Below, piece after piece: positions 51,101-63,100 of a DNA stretch of 64,000 nucleotides (position 1 is its first letter; each line of letters starts with the position of its first letter). The notes under the pieces are model-generated. The model was not told where the DNA came from. It was given only the letters and a program-made list of their open reading frames with translations, and ran no database searches. The stretch is from Camelus ferus. Its lineage: Eukaryota. Where the stretch lies: positions 120,282,001-120,346,000 of the forward strand of contig NC_045696.1 in NCBI RefSeq assembly GCF_009834535.1, in the 5' to 3' direction. The translations under genes were made by a program, and so were the position numbers.

Positions 51101-54100
51101 TTTGGCCTGCCAGGCACAAAGAAGGCTTATAAATAATAGTATTTATACTTCAAAAGCACCCATTTTGTGCCCGGTCCTGATCAAATAAATCTCTTTCAAA
51201 TATTAATTCATTGAATCCTCATAACAAGTCTCTAAGGTAGATACTATTATTATACACATTTTACAGATGAGAAAAATAAAGGAACCCTGGGTAAAGCACC
51301 CAGGATTAGGAGAGGTATTAAGGCAGAGCTGGGTTTGAACCTGGAGTGTCTCACACCAGGCTCTAGACTCCTCACCTAGACAGTGCTCCCCAGTGTTCAC
51401 AGAGCACTATTTACAATAACCAAGACATGGAAACAACCTAAATGCCCATGGACAGGTGACTGGATAAAGAAGTTGTGGTCTATTCATACAATGGAATACT
51501 ACTCAATCATAAAAAAGAGTAAAATAACGCCACTTGCAGCAACATGGATGGACTTGTTCATCGTCATTCTAAGTGAAGTAAACCAGAAACAGAAAGAAAA
51601 ATACCATATGAGATTGCTTATATGCAGAATCTCAAAAAAAGCCGAATGAACTTTTTTTTAACAAAACAGAAACAGACTCACAGACACAGAAAAGAAACTT
51701 ACAGTTACCAGAGGGGAGAGGGGGTGGGAAGGGATGAATTGGGAATTCGAGATTTGCAGATACTAGCTAATATATATTAAATAGATAAACCACAAGTTTC
51801 TTCTGTACAGCACAGGGAACCATGTTTAAAATCTTGTAGTAACCCATAATGAGAAAGAATATGAAAAGGAACATATGCATGTACACGCGTGGCTGGTCTA
51901 TTTTGCTGTATACTAGAAACTGGTGCAACATTGTAAACTGTCTAAATGCCAATAAAACATAAAAGAAGCTCAGGACCTCGTGCAGGCTCGGCACCTGGTC
52001 TACCCCTGAGCTGCACCCTCCTCCTCTCCTTGCTCTTTAATGGAGACAGAATTATGACATCATGGAAACCATGGTTTCAAGCTTTATTTACTGTTTCATC
52101 TCTGCTTTCACCTGTCAGGAGTCCTGTGAGTCACATGAAGATACAGACAGCTGACGAATTATAGTGGGTGACTTCTCCCAAAGGGTATTTGCACTTTAAT
52201 GCAAAGAGTACCTGGATCATGGGGCAGAGCCTCAGTGGAGGAATTCTGATCATCGGCCAACCTGGTGGAGGGGGCATTTGGTCAGATAGTAAATTCTCAG
52301 GAACCTCAGAAGCTGGGCAGCTGAAAAAACAGTCGTTCTGAAATAACCATCTCCATGGCAACCTTCCGGAACAAATGAATAAGTTTTGTTTTTTTTTTTA
52401 AGGATTTGCTTCGCACATAAAATAATCCCACCTGTTGATCACCACACACAATATATTGAGTGATGCTGAGATGTTGAGGAATGTTGAGATGGTCCACGGC
52501 TCGCTCAGAGAGGCAGGGTGGTGGGTGAGGGTGAGGACACAGTCCTCATCGCTGCCGTTGAGGGAAAATGTTGGGATTCGGGATATGAATCTTCTTCCTG
52601 CTTGGCTACCCTCTGGGAAGGAGGGACAGCCACTAAGTGGGGAGCCTCAGCCGGCGATGGTGACATGACATGACTTCTGGAGAGAAGCAGATGGATTTCG
52701 GCTTCAGACTGGCTTTTTACAGTTGAACCAGACGGTGGCATTTGGACCAGTGCAGAGCTGAGCAGACCCCATGAGCCATTTCCTCCTTGGAGAACTCCAC
52801 GGAGACTGACCCCAGGGGGCCTGTAGGAAGCACTGTGTGTAACGATCGTCACTCTTCCCTAAGACGTGATCAGGAGCCCAGGACAGAGAGAGAGGGATGT
52901 GGCACAGCTTAGTCACGCAGCAAGCCTGCATCAGCGGATGGTGCCTTGTGGGACTGGCCCGAGACAGAAAGGGACAAGACAGGTGTGTGGGAATGATTTG
53001 ATGCTCCAAACAGCCTCCTGGGTCATTGTCCGAGTTGTCAGGCTAGAAAGGAGTCTGTAATGACTGTCAGATTGGTTTGCGATCGGTCCCCCAAACGCTG
53101 GTTGGTAATTAAGTGCCCAGTGTGAAAACGTGTCTTCAGAAAGTGCCTCGGGGAAGTGATTTCTGTGAGCTGCCTGTTACTTCTGTCTGCCTGTTTGCCT
53201 CTAGGGAGCCTCCTTCCAGATACTTATATGCTAACCCTTTGTCTCTTCTGATCCAGGGACGAGAAGGCCAACGGGGGACCCAGGGTGCCCCGGTGAGTAT
53301 CCTTTCCTTCCTGTCCTCTGTGGGTGGTGGGGCCAAGGAGATGTCTCACGTGTAGATGGTACCACCAGTGAGGGAGCGTTTGCAGGAATGTTGTGGGAAG
53401 CACCGAGCCCTGGACATGAGCCCCACTGCCCAGGGGGTCCAAGTGTCCATCAGTTCGCTGGCAGGCACAGGATGGGCCTGACCTCAGGCAGTACCCCCCC
53501 CCCAACAGACATGTTAGAGACCGGGCACCTGTGCAGTCCCACAGTCTGAGCTCTGCCCATGCCCTGAGCGGTGACTGTAAGGGAGTGAAATTCTGTATTA
53601 AGATGAGAAATGACCAAGAGATCAATTCTTAGATGGTATGGAAGAATATCCTCCTAGGCAAAGTGGGACACAACCAAGAGTTGGACAGAACAGCTTCTGG
53701 GTACCACTCACTGTAGCACGAGCTACCATAAAGAGAAACTCTGTGCTGCAGCCGCTGTGGAGAAAGCATGGAGAGTCCTCAAAAACTCAAAATAGACTTG
53801 CCCCATGATCCAGCCATCCCACTCCTGGGCATATATCCGGAGGGAACTCTAATTCGAAAAGACCCATGCATCCCAGTGTCCATAGCAGCACTATTTACAA
53901 CAGCCAAGACATGGAAACAATCTAAATGCCCATCGACAGATGACTGGATAAAGAAGCTGTGGTGTATTTATACAATGGAATATTACTAAGCCATAAAAAA
54001 GAACAAAATAATGCCATTTGCAGCAACATGGATGGACCTGGAGAATGCCATTCTAAGTGAAGTAAGCCAGAAAGAGAAAGAAAAATACCATATGATACCA

Positions 54101-57100
54101 CTTATGTGTGGAATCTAAAAAAAAAAAAAGACACAAATGAACTAATTTACAAAACAGAAACAGACTCACAGACATAGAGAACAGACTTATGGTTACCAGG
54201 ACGGGGAAGGAGATAGGAAGGGATAAATTGGAAGTTCGAGAATTGCAGATACTAACTACTATATGTAAAATAAATAAACAACAAGGTCCTACTGTACAGC
54301 ACAGGGAACTCTATTCAGTATCTTGTAGTGACCTATAATGAAGAAGAATATGAAAAGGAATATATGTATGTACTTGTATGACTGAAACACTATGCTGTAC
54401 ACCAGAAATTGACAGGACATTGTAATCTGACTCTACTTCAATTAAAAAAAATAACTATGCAAATCTGAAAAACAAAGAGAGAGAGAGAGAGAGAATCTAC
54501 ATGGAAACCATGTGGAAAGAATTCTAACCCTGAAAACTCATCCCTCAGGGACAACCTGGGAACCCTGGACCTCAAGGCGCACTGGGACCTGAAGGATTAC
54601 AAGGTCCACAGGTGTGTTGGAGTATTTATAAATACTGATGCATGATGCTGTTATTCTGATGGGGAGATGGGAAGGTGTATTATGATAAAAATAAACGACA
54701 GGACATTTTAAGCAGCCCCCGCCCTCCTCCAAGGTCCACGTCTCTGGGAGTCTGCATTTCTCACTGTAAGTGGGTGATTTTGCACCATCAAAATTCACAG
54801 CTCACTGGTAGAGGAAAGGCATGCTCTTGTGTGCACCTCATATTGTGTCTGCGTTTTAGCAATAATGAATTATTAAGACTTTGATACTATATTAGGAGCC
54901 AGTTTCAGGATCAACAAATTGCTTTTTTTTTTTTTTACAGAGAAGTCCTGCACACAGACACCCCCCTCCCCATGAAGGAAAGTTAGGAACTGGGAAGAGT
55001 TGTTCAGCTCACCCAAAGCTAACCCCACAGGGCGTGACACTGCTTCTGGGATGTCCCCCGTAGGGCTTTACGTGAGCCATCTGGTCATATCGTTAGTGAG
55101 CTGGGCGCTGGAGGCGGGACAGGTCTGTTTCTCGTCCAGTTCAGCAATATGCAGGGGTCGTCCTTAGAGATTCGCTTTGCAACACGTGGGTACTTCTGGG
55201 GTCCTGCTGGGGCCCCCTGAGCCTGGACTGTCTGGAAGGCCCCTGCCTGCATAGATGTGTCCATCCTAAGACCTCTCCAGAGGTTCATTGTTCTCCTAGA
55301 TTCTTAACACTGAGCTGGAATTGGGAATTCTCTTGAGTGGGGCTGGTGTTTCCCAGAGCGAGTAACCGTGGGACCCGCTTCAGCCCATCCCCAGGCGTCG
55401 TAGGCAGAGGGGTGTTACTAGCTCTGCTGCTTGGACAGTGAACCAAGCTGGCCCAGGGGCTCCTCCCACCACTGGCCTGGGCACCCGGGACATTTTACAG
55501 CTGGTGCTTCGGCGGTGAGACTCATTACCAGCACCTCCGGTTTTTCCTTCTGGTGAGAGAACCATATTAGAACCATGCATTTGATGGGAAATGTGGCAGA
55601 AAATCTGCTTTAATTCCTCTGATAGGGATCTGCTGGGGAAATGTCCTTTGGTGTTAATTTTACACATTGTTAAGTTATTTGGCCCAAGGAACCTGCCCCA
55701 TCAAAGGAATCCTTCTGATGATTGTTTGTGTCTCTCTTCCTTCTTCTACAGGCTTTATTTCTCCTTTTATTCTCTTTTCCGTCTCTCCCTGTTGGAGAGG
55801 GATGAAGAACTTATACCCAGGCAGGGAATTCCTTCACAGGAGCTGTTCCTCTGAGTCTAGGTCTCCCCTCAGCTCCTCTCCTGAGACGTGCTTAATGTCA
55901 GAGCCAAAGGCTGTGTGAAGGGTTGGACCAGCGCTTTTCCATGGGGCGAGGGGGGATTCAAAGCACTCATGAAGAAAGTCTGTGTTCACTGACTTCACTG
56001 CATGATGTTTCTTTTGTTACTGCCAAAGGGGTTAAACGGAATTCCGGGCAGGAAAGGCGAGAAGGGGAACCAGGGTCACAAAGGACCTCAGGTGAGTGAC
56101 TCAGACGGTACCGTCAGTGGTCTCCAAGCTTCATTTTCCTCTTTCTTCAAGAACATCTTCACATAGAGTTTATTTTACATGAGCTACATATGCAGTATTT
56201 TGTTTGGGGATTAGCTTGGGACAAATTGGGGGTAAACAGCTCAGATTCCTTGACCATAGCTTAAGCGTTCCCCTTTCTCCTTCCCTGGGGTTTTACTTGG
56301 AAAGCACAGACCCACTTCATCAGCCGGGAGAAAGCATTTGAAAGCAGGCAGATCTCGCTGACTCATGAACGTTTCCAAGCCTGGTCCATGTCTCTGGTTT
56401 TTCTAACTTTTAAAAATGATCAGTGCCGTGCCTACGTCCACTGACTACGGATATTGGAAATGGACTCTGTAAAGCTCCCTCACTTCCCAAATTTATTTGG
56501 TTTCTAAGTTCAGCTTCAAATTCATCTGTGAAGCTATGTGCTTCCCAAATTTCTGACAGTGAGTAATGAGAGTTTGGATGGTGAGGGATTCTTATGAAAA
56601 ATGTGCTGAATCTGTTCAGTCCTTCCATGCAAATAGCAAGAGCTCAGAAGGCAAGCAAGCCCTGTGTTTCCTCTGTTATCTTCCCAGTGTGTTTGGAAAA
56701 GGTCCCCCTTTGCAGATGGGGAAACTGAGATACGTTCCACATACCATTTTGCAAATGTGGATGGCTCAGGGCACAGAAGTGGCAATGGTACCATGTCTTG
56801 TTCTAACAAAATCGGTCCATTACGGCAAACTTGCCACATTCAGAAATAATGTGTGTCGTGACAAGGGTGCCTTTTCCGTTTCTCACTGAGGCCCCCTGTG
56901 GACCGTGGTGGCCCTGCAGATGATGACTTAGGGTCATCTGACCAGGACTATCACCTGCACCACCTGGTTTCAGCCCAGATGTCTCCCCTCCCTGGGTGGC
57001 TGGTCTCTTGTGGAGGGGGAGTTGGAAAGGACACGAAGAAAAGCAAAACTAATCTAACAGGTTTTGTAAAAATCACTGCAACACCAGTATCTATGTTGCC

Positions 57101-60100
57101 CGTTTTCTTCCAGGGCGCCGCTGGCCCGGTGGGAGATAAAGGAAGTGATGGAAGGCCTGGACCCTTGGGGAAGAAGGTCCGTGTTGTTTCTAACAGACTT
57201 CAAATACTGAGAAAAGAGCAACCCTGTTTTCTCCTGACTTTCTTGTAAATTCCTCACACGATCTCAGCACCCCCACTGCCCACCAGCTTTCTGCCAAATA
57301 CATTATTTTCCTTCTATTGAGCAAAGAATTTCTAACTGCTGACCTCTCTGTGAAGCTGCCCCATTTCACTGGGAGAGACACAGCTTACTCACTGATCAGG
57401 AAACCACTGAAAAATCTCAACTCCCTGGTTTCCTGAATGCACAAACGCACTTGGTGCCAGAGGTGACCAGGGCCGTGAGGTGTCCGAATTCAGATCTGTT
57501 TGTGCCTGCAGTTCCCACATCTAACTCAGCCTCCCTTCCCTGAAGGGGCCCTGTTGGAGATGGTTACAGAGCAGGCCTGTTCAGAATCTCGTTGCCCTGC
57601 TCAAAACTTTTCAGCATCTCCCTCTCCCAGGGCCAGCTTCCTGGGCCGGGGGCCCGTGCAGTGACACAGGGGGCCTTGCCTAGAAGGCTCCGTGCTGGGC
57701 TTCATGCTGTACTGTCACCATCGGAAACTCTTCACATCTGTGTAAAGGGCCAGTGCTTTCATTTCAGTCCCACAAATTGTGTAGCTGCTCTCAACTTCCC
57801 GGTGGCCCCGAGGAAAATCTCCAAACATTACGGTAGTTTAGAAAGCCCTTTGACCCCGTTTAATTCTAGGGCCTCTTGGCTCATCTCCCTCCAGTGAGTC
57901 TGCCCCAGGCTTCTCATTAGTGCTGGCATCCTCCTGAATGTTTCTCCCTCCCTCTCCACCCTCTCCCAGCACATGCACACAGGCACACACACACACATCA
58001 TCATCATCATCATCATTATCCTTCCAGCCTCAGCATCCCTGCTCCCTCCCCCCCACCCCACATCCCTGCCAAATCCTCTGACTCACAGCCCCCCTCTCTC
58101 TACTGCCGTGACCCTGCCCTTCATTACACAGTGTAGAGTCACCTGTCTAGTTGCCTCTCTTTCCAACCACACTGCTGGGTGAGGTCCACTTTCCAGGACA
58201 GTAAGTAATGGTTGGATGGGTGAATAAATCTGTGAATGAACCCACAGTCCCTGCAGGAAATTCTCCACTCTTTGCCTTCGCTTTCAGTCTCCCTGCAGCT
58301 GGGAGAGCAGGGCTGGGTCCAGGCGTGGGCTCTGCTGCTGTCTCCTGCTCACCTTGGGGAAGGCGGTGACTGGTTTCCTGCACCCCTTTCCTTCCTGAGC
58401 ACTGAACCCTCCCAGGGGACCCTGAGTGTCCCCAGCCAGCAGACAGAGCATCCTGGGGTTGGAGCCAGGTCTGATTTTACTGATCTGGGGCTCTCGTCTC
58501 ATTAGGGAGAGCCAGGAATTCCTGGAGACCCGGGGCCAGCAGGGCAAGCCGGACCTCGAGGAAAGCAGGTACGAGCGAGGTTTGAGGACTTCCACCCTTT
58601 GGCAGCTCCGAGGGCTCAGTTCTGAGAGGGGGGCTTGAGCACCTGGGGTACCAAAGGCATTTGGGGAGCTCCTGGGAAGATGTAGGGCTGTTCCTCCCAG
58701 CCCCTGCAGCTCTCGTCCTGCTAAAGCGAGGGAGAGGGGGCGGGCGTGCAGAGGATGCTGTGTGCATTCAGGCAGGGTGTTTGTGTATGTTAACAGCTTG
58801 TTTGGCCATGTCCATTGAAAATCAGCACAGCCTGTTTCTGTCCACTTGTAAAACTCCAGTGGAGGAGGGTGTAGCTCAGTGGTAGAGCACATGGTTAGTT
58901 TGCACCAGGTCCTAGGTTCAATCCCCAGTACCCCCATTAATTTAAAAAAAAAAAAAGGCTCTAAACAAAACTCCAGAGTGACAGGAGGAGGGGAGGAGGG
59001 CTGAGAAATTGGGTATCTGTTAGAGGAAAAAATTTTAATTTCTTTGTCTGTAGTAAAGGAAAAAAATTTTCTTTTCAAAAATAATATTTATTGTAAATGT
59101 TATACACAGATATTGTAGAAAATTTACTACGCATAAAAGATGGCAAATGCAAAAGAAAAAAATTACCCATAATCCCACCATTTGGAAATATTTATCATTA
59201 ATGCCCTGGAGATACAAAACACATGACTCCATTTTTCCCTACGAACAGAACAACATACCATGAGCGTATTTCCACGTCGTTACATTTTCCCCTCAGTGTT
59301 ACTTTTAATAGCTTTAAAATAGTCTACTGAACGTATGCGCCTTAGTTCATTGGATTAATCTCTAATTGTTGGGTATTTACTTTGCTTCCAGTTTTTCACT
59401 GCCCTAAATAGCAAGACAATGAACATTCTTGCATGCAATGACATTTTTGGACAGAACTATAATTCATTTCTACACGGAAATTTCTAGAAGCAACATGGCT
59501 GGATCATGAAATATGCACATATTTAATGAAGGCTTTGAACTCTATTGCAAAGGACCCTTAGGAAAATTCACAGGATGCGTGCACTCACGCTTTGCGCAGG
59601 AGAGAATTGCTTTCAGGGCACACACGTTGACAGGGGGTATTGTCAGTTGCTTCCCCTGCCATCTTTACTAATCTTATTGACAAAAAATGGCAACTCATTA
59701 CTGTGTCAAATTGCATTTCTTTGGTTACTTGGGAGGATAACAATTTTCCGTATGTTTATCAGCCAGTTATAATTCTTCCTTGGGGAATTCCTCCCCCAGT
59801 GTTCTTTGGACCAGTTCCTAATTTTCCAAGCAAGTAATTGCCACTGACTACGTTAGTCCTAAATGACCATCCCTCTGCCTCCTGCAATGTCTCCAAAGTA
59901 GAGCTGGCCAGAGGAGTACCGGGGCACATCCCAGGAAGTGCAGAAAACCCAGCAACGTGCAAGTCCCCAGAGTTGAAGGTCATTGATTAATCAGGCCCCC
60001 TCCACCTGGAAGCCCCCGGTGCTTCTCTCCTGACACCATGATAGAGAGTACAATTAATTTTCACTTTTGAGAAATTGAAATGATCCAATATGTTCACAGG

Positions 60101-63100
60101 GTGATTACGGCATCCCAGGCTATGGTCCTACGGGACGAAAAGGAGTAAAGGTAAATATGGAAAACAATTAGTTATTTAATTGGTGAATCCAGCTTAAATC
60201 ATACAAAAAGACATGATCGTACGGCAGAAATGGTGTGTTGATTTACTTATGTTCTCTGCTGAAAATCGTAGGGCCCAAGAGGATTCCCTGGCAATATGGG
60301 GCAAAAGGTATCGTGCACATGAACGTGTTTTGAAATTACTGTGCTCTTGACCTGCTGCTTGAGAATTGAGAGAAGTCTGTGGGTCTGAATGAAATGTAGG
60401 GGAAGGATCAGGCCGGCTGTTTCGGCTGAGCTTCATGAAGAAAGGACCATACTTAACTCCCGTGAAGGTTTAAATTGGAAAAGACGCGCTTCATTGCCTG
60501 ATGTCGCTTGTCTTGCAATCGCACCTCTAGGCATCCTCTCAAGTTTGATTCTTTGTTCTCTTCTTGATTTTTCTGCCTCGGTGACCTCATGCAGAACTCT
60601 CGGTCTAGCCTTCACTGTCGTGGCCTCCGCTTCCTCTTCCCTGAAAGATTACAATATTCTTATCCATTTCCAACTTCCAACTTCTCCCTGCTTCAGTTAA
60701 TCCCGAACCCCGCTGTCACTTGATTTTTTTTTTTCCAAACAGTAGTCTAATTCTGTTACTCTCCTGGTCAGACACCTTCCAGAATTCCTCACTGCCCACC
60801 AGGTGGAAATCCATCTCCTTGCTCAACAGCCAGACGTGCCTCCCATTTCAACCAGAGCAGCTCACGTTATACCTGTTTCTACACTGGAATTCTCTAACAG
60901 GATTTCTTTTCTTTTCTTTTTTTAAAGTATCCTGTCTAGAAGAGCATCTTCCCATAGTTGATGCTCAAATTAAAATAGAAAATGTGAATTTAAAAAAAAA
61001 TAGAATGTCTAGGCAAATCATATCAACTATGGCATAGGAAAATTGCCAATTCTTGAGTCCCCTTAAAAGTGCTTTTGATTAATGAGTTACCAAAAGAGTT
61101 TCTTTCCTTAGGTGGAGAAGGGTGCAGAAAGGGACCGTATAAATGACTGCTAGGATAGGAGCTCTCATTGTAAAGGACCAATTTTCTCATTTACTGATAA
61201 AGAGAGAAAATTAGCATATTTCAAATTATGAATAAATGTGAAATTGACATGATGATAAGGGTGAAATTAGTTTCCCACCAGAGTTAGAATAAAGTTTTGT
61301 TGTTTTTTTTTAACCTTCAGCTTGTTCAGGAATGATGCATGAATTTAGGAAGCAGTTCATTCAACAGTATTTTATATAGTGAGTGCCCCATATGTTTTCC
61401 TTGATTTATACGTCCTTTAGGTGTTTTTAGTAACTGATTGGACAGCCCTTGCGTTGATATTTATGCATCAATATTTGCATTCTTAGAAAATTAAAATAGT
61501 TTGGAGAGCATCTAAGTGTATCAGTGACTTAGTTCCAGATAACAGGAGGAGGTGACATTTAAAGTTTAATATGTAATATAGTTACAAGAGCAATTAAGTT
61601 TTGGTTTGGAAAGACTCATTTTTATTCTTTCACAGCTAATATTTTAACATCTTGGTTTTTTATATCTGAATCTTTAGGGTGATGTTGGGGACCCTGGAAT
61701 TCCTGGGGGGCCCGGACCGAAAGGATTTAGAGGATTACCGGTAAGTGGCCTTTAGTTCCAGAAATAATAAACATTTCTTTGGAAGACTCCATCTTTTATG
61801 TTGTAATTGTAAATGTGGATTGTCGATCCAACCCAGGGTCACTTCCTAGCTGTGCCGTCTTCAATACAGCTTTTCAGGGTCTGTATTTCTGTCACATGGG
61901 AATTGAACTTAATGACACCAAAGGTCACGTTCAGCTCTAAAATTCTATGGCTCCATGAATCTGCACTATTTTAAATATTTATAGATTGATAACTGGCTTT
62001 TCCAACCGTCTTCCACTCTTTTCTAAAGCAGAGATTAAAGCCCGGAATATTAACCCTGTGAGCAGAAATGAAACTGATACCTTCCCACTGTGTCCCAGAG
62101 CCTCCTCTGACAATTTCACCCACTCCCCGAGAGTCAAGATTGTCCGGGATGTTTATTTTCAGGAAAGCTGTTGAGATGTTCCCACTAGCTAAGTGCAGAG
62201 AAGAGTGTTATACTTACTGAAAAACAAAATGCTGAGAGGAGCAGCCTTTCATTTCAAAGTTTGAGTGGAATCTCACTGGTCGTTACCAGCATGAAAGAGA
62301 TGCAGTTCAACAATGCTTTTCATCTGGCTGGAGCATTTTGTTAGCATCCGTATCTCTCACGTTGAGGTGCTGGGAATGATATGGCCACCCATGTGCTTGT
62401 GTATGCGGGGAGTTACTTCTCTCATTTGATCCTTTGCAGATGGGAGGTTTTTTGTTAGATCTCTGTGTGCTCTGGTACCTTTGCGTTTTTTGAAATAGAT
62501 GTTTACCAATAATTAAGAATAACTATTTACATTACAAGTAAGGAATTTGCTTGACTTAAATTAGCAGTTGCTATTATTTTTTTTAAGTATGAAGTTTCAT
62601 TAAACCTGGGGTAATCCCCATGGATAGGTGACGTAGAAACTGATGGTTATTCCTACCTGCAGCTCACTGTAGGTTTGAAAGGTGAAGAGGGTTCTCCAGG
62701 ACGCCAGGGCCCACCTGGACAGAGGGTAAGTACATTCCTGAGAACTAAGCAGTGGGTACTGGGTTCTCAAGGGAACAGGCACAGAATTGAAAGTCAGAAG
62801 CACTGGGTTCAAGGCCAGCCTCTGCTTCTTGCTGCCTGAGTGCCGGTGGGCCAGTCCCAGGGTCTGTCAGTTTTGCCCTAAGACAGAGATGATGTGTCCC
62901 ATTCTAACCACCTCAAAAGACAGCCATGAGCATCAGATCAAGGTGAACTTTCTTTGTAAACTGTCAAGTTCAAAGCAAATATTAGCTGTTGCTGGTATTC
63001 TTTTACTCAAGTTTTGCAAATGGGGTGGGATTGCATAGGCTTCATAAAGTTGTCCCGGCAAAGTTCAGTCGAGCGAGACAAGTTGATAGGTGAGGTTCCC

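Noticed and set aside
58860..58935. tRNA-like sequence with A and B boxes
   Set aside because: It has an A tail, a TSD and many diverged copies in the window, so it is a SINE rather than a tRNA gene.
58284..59078. 264-aa minus-strand ORF
   Set aside because: It runs through a SINE and the antisense of a collagen exon, and has no recognisable domain.
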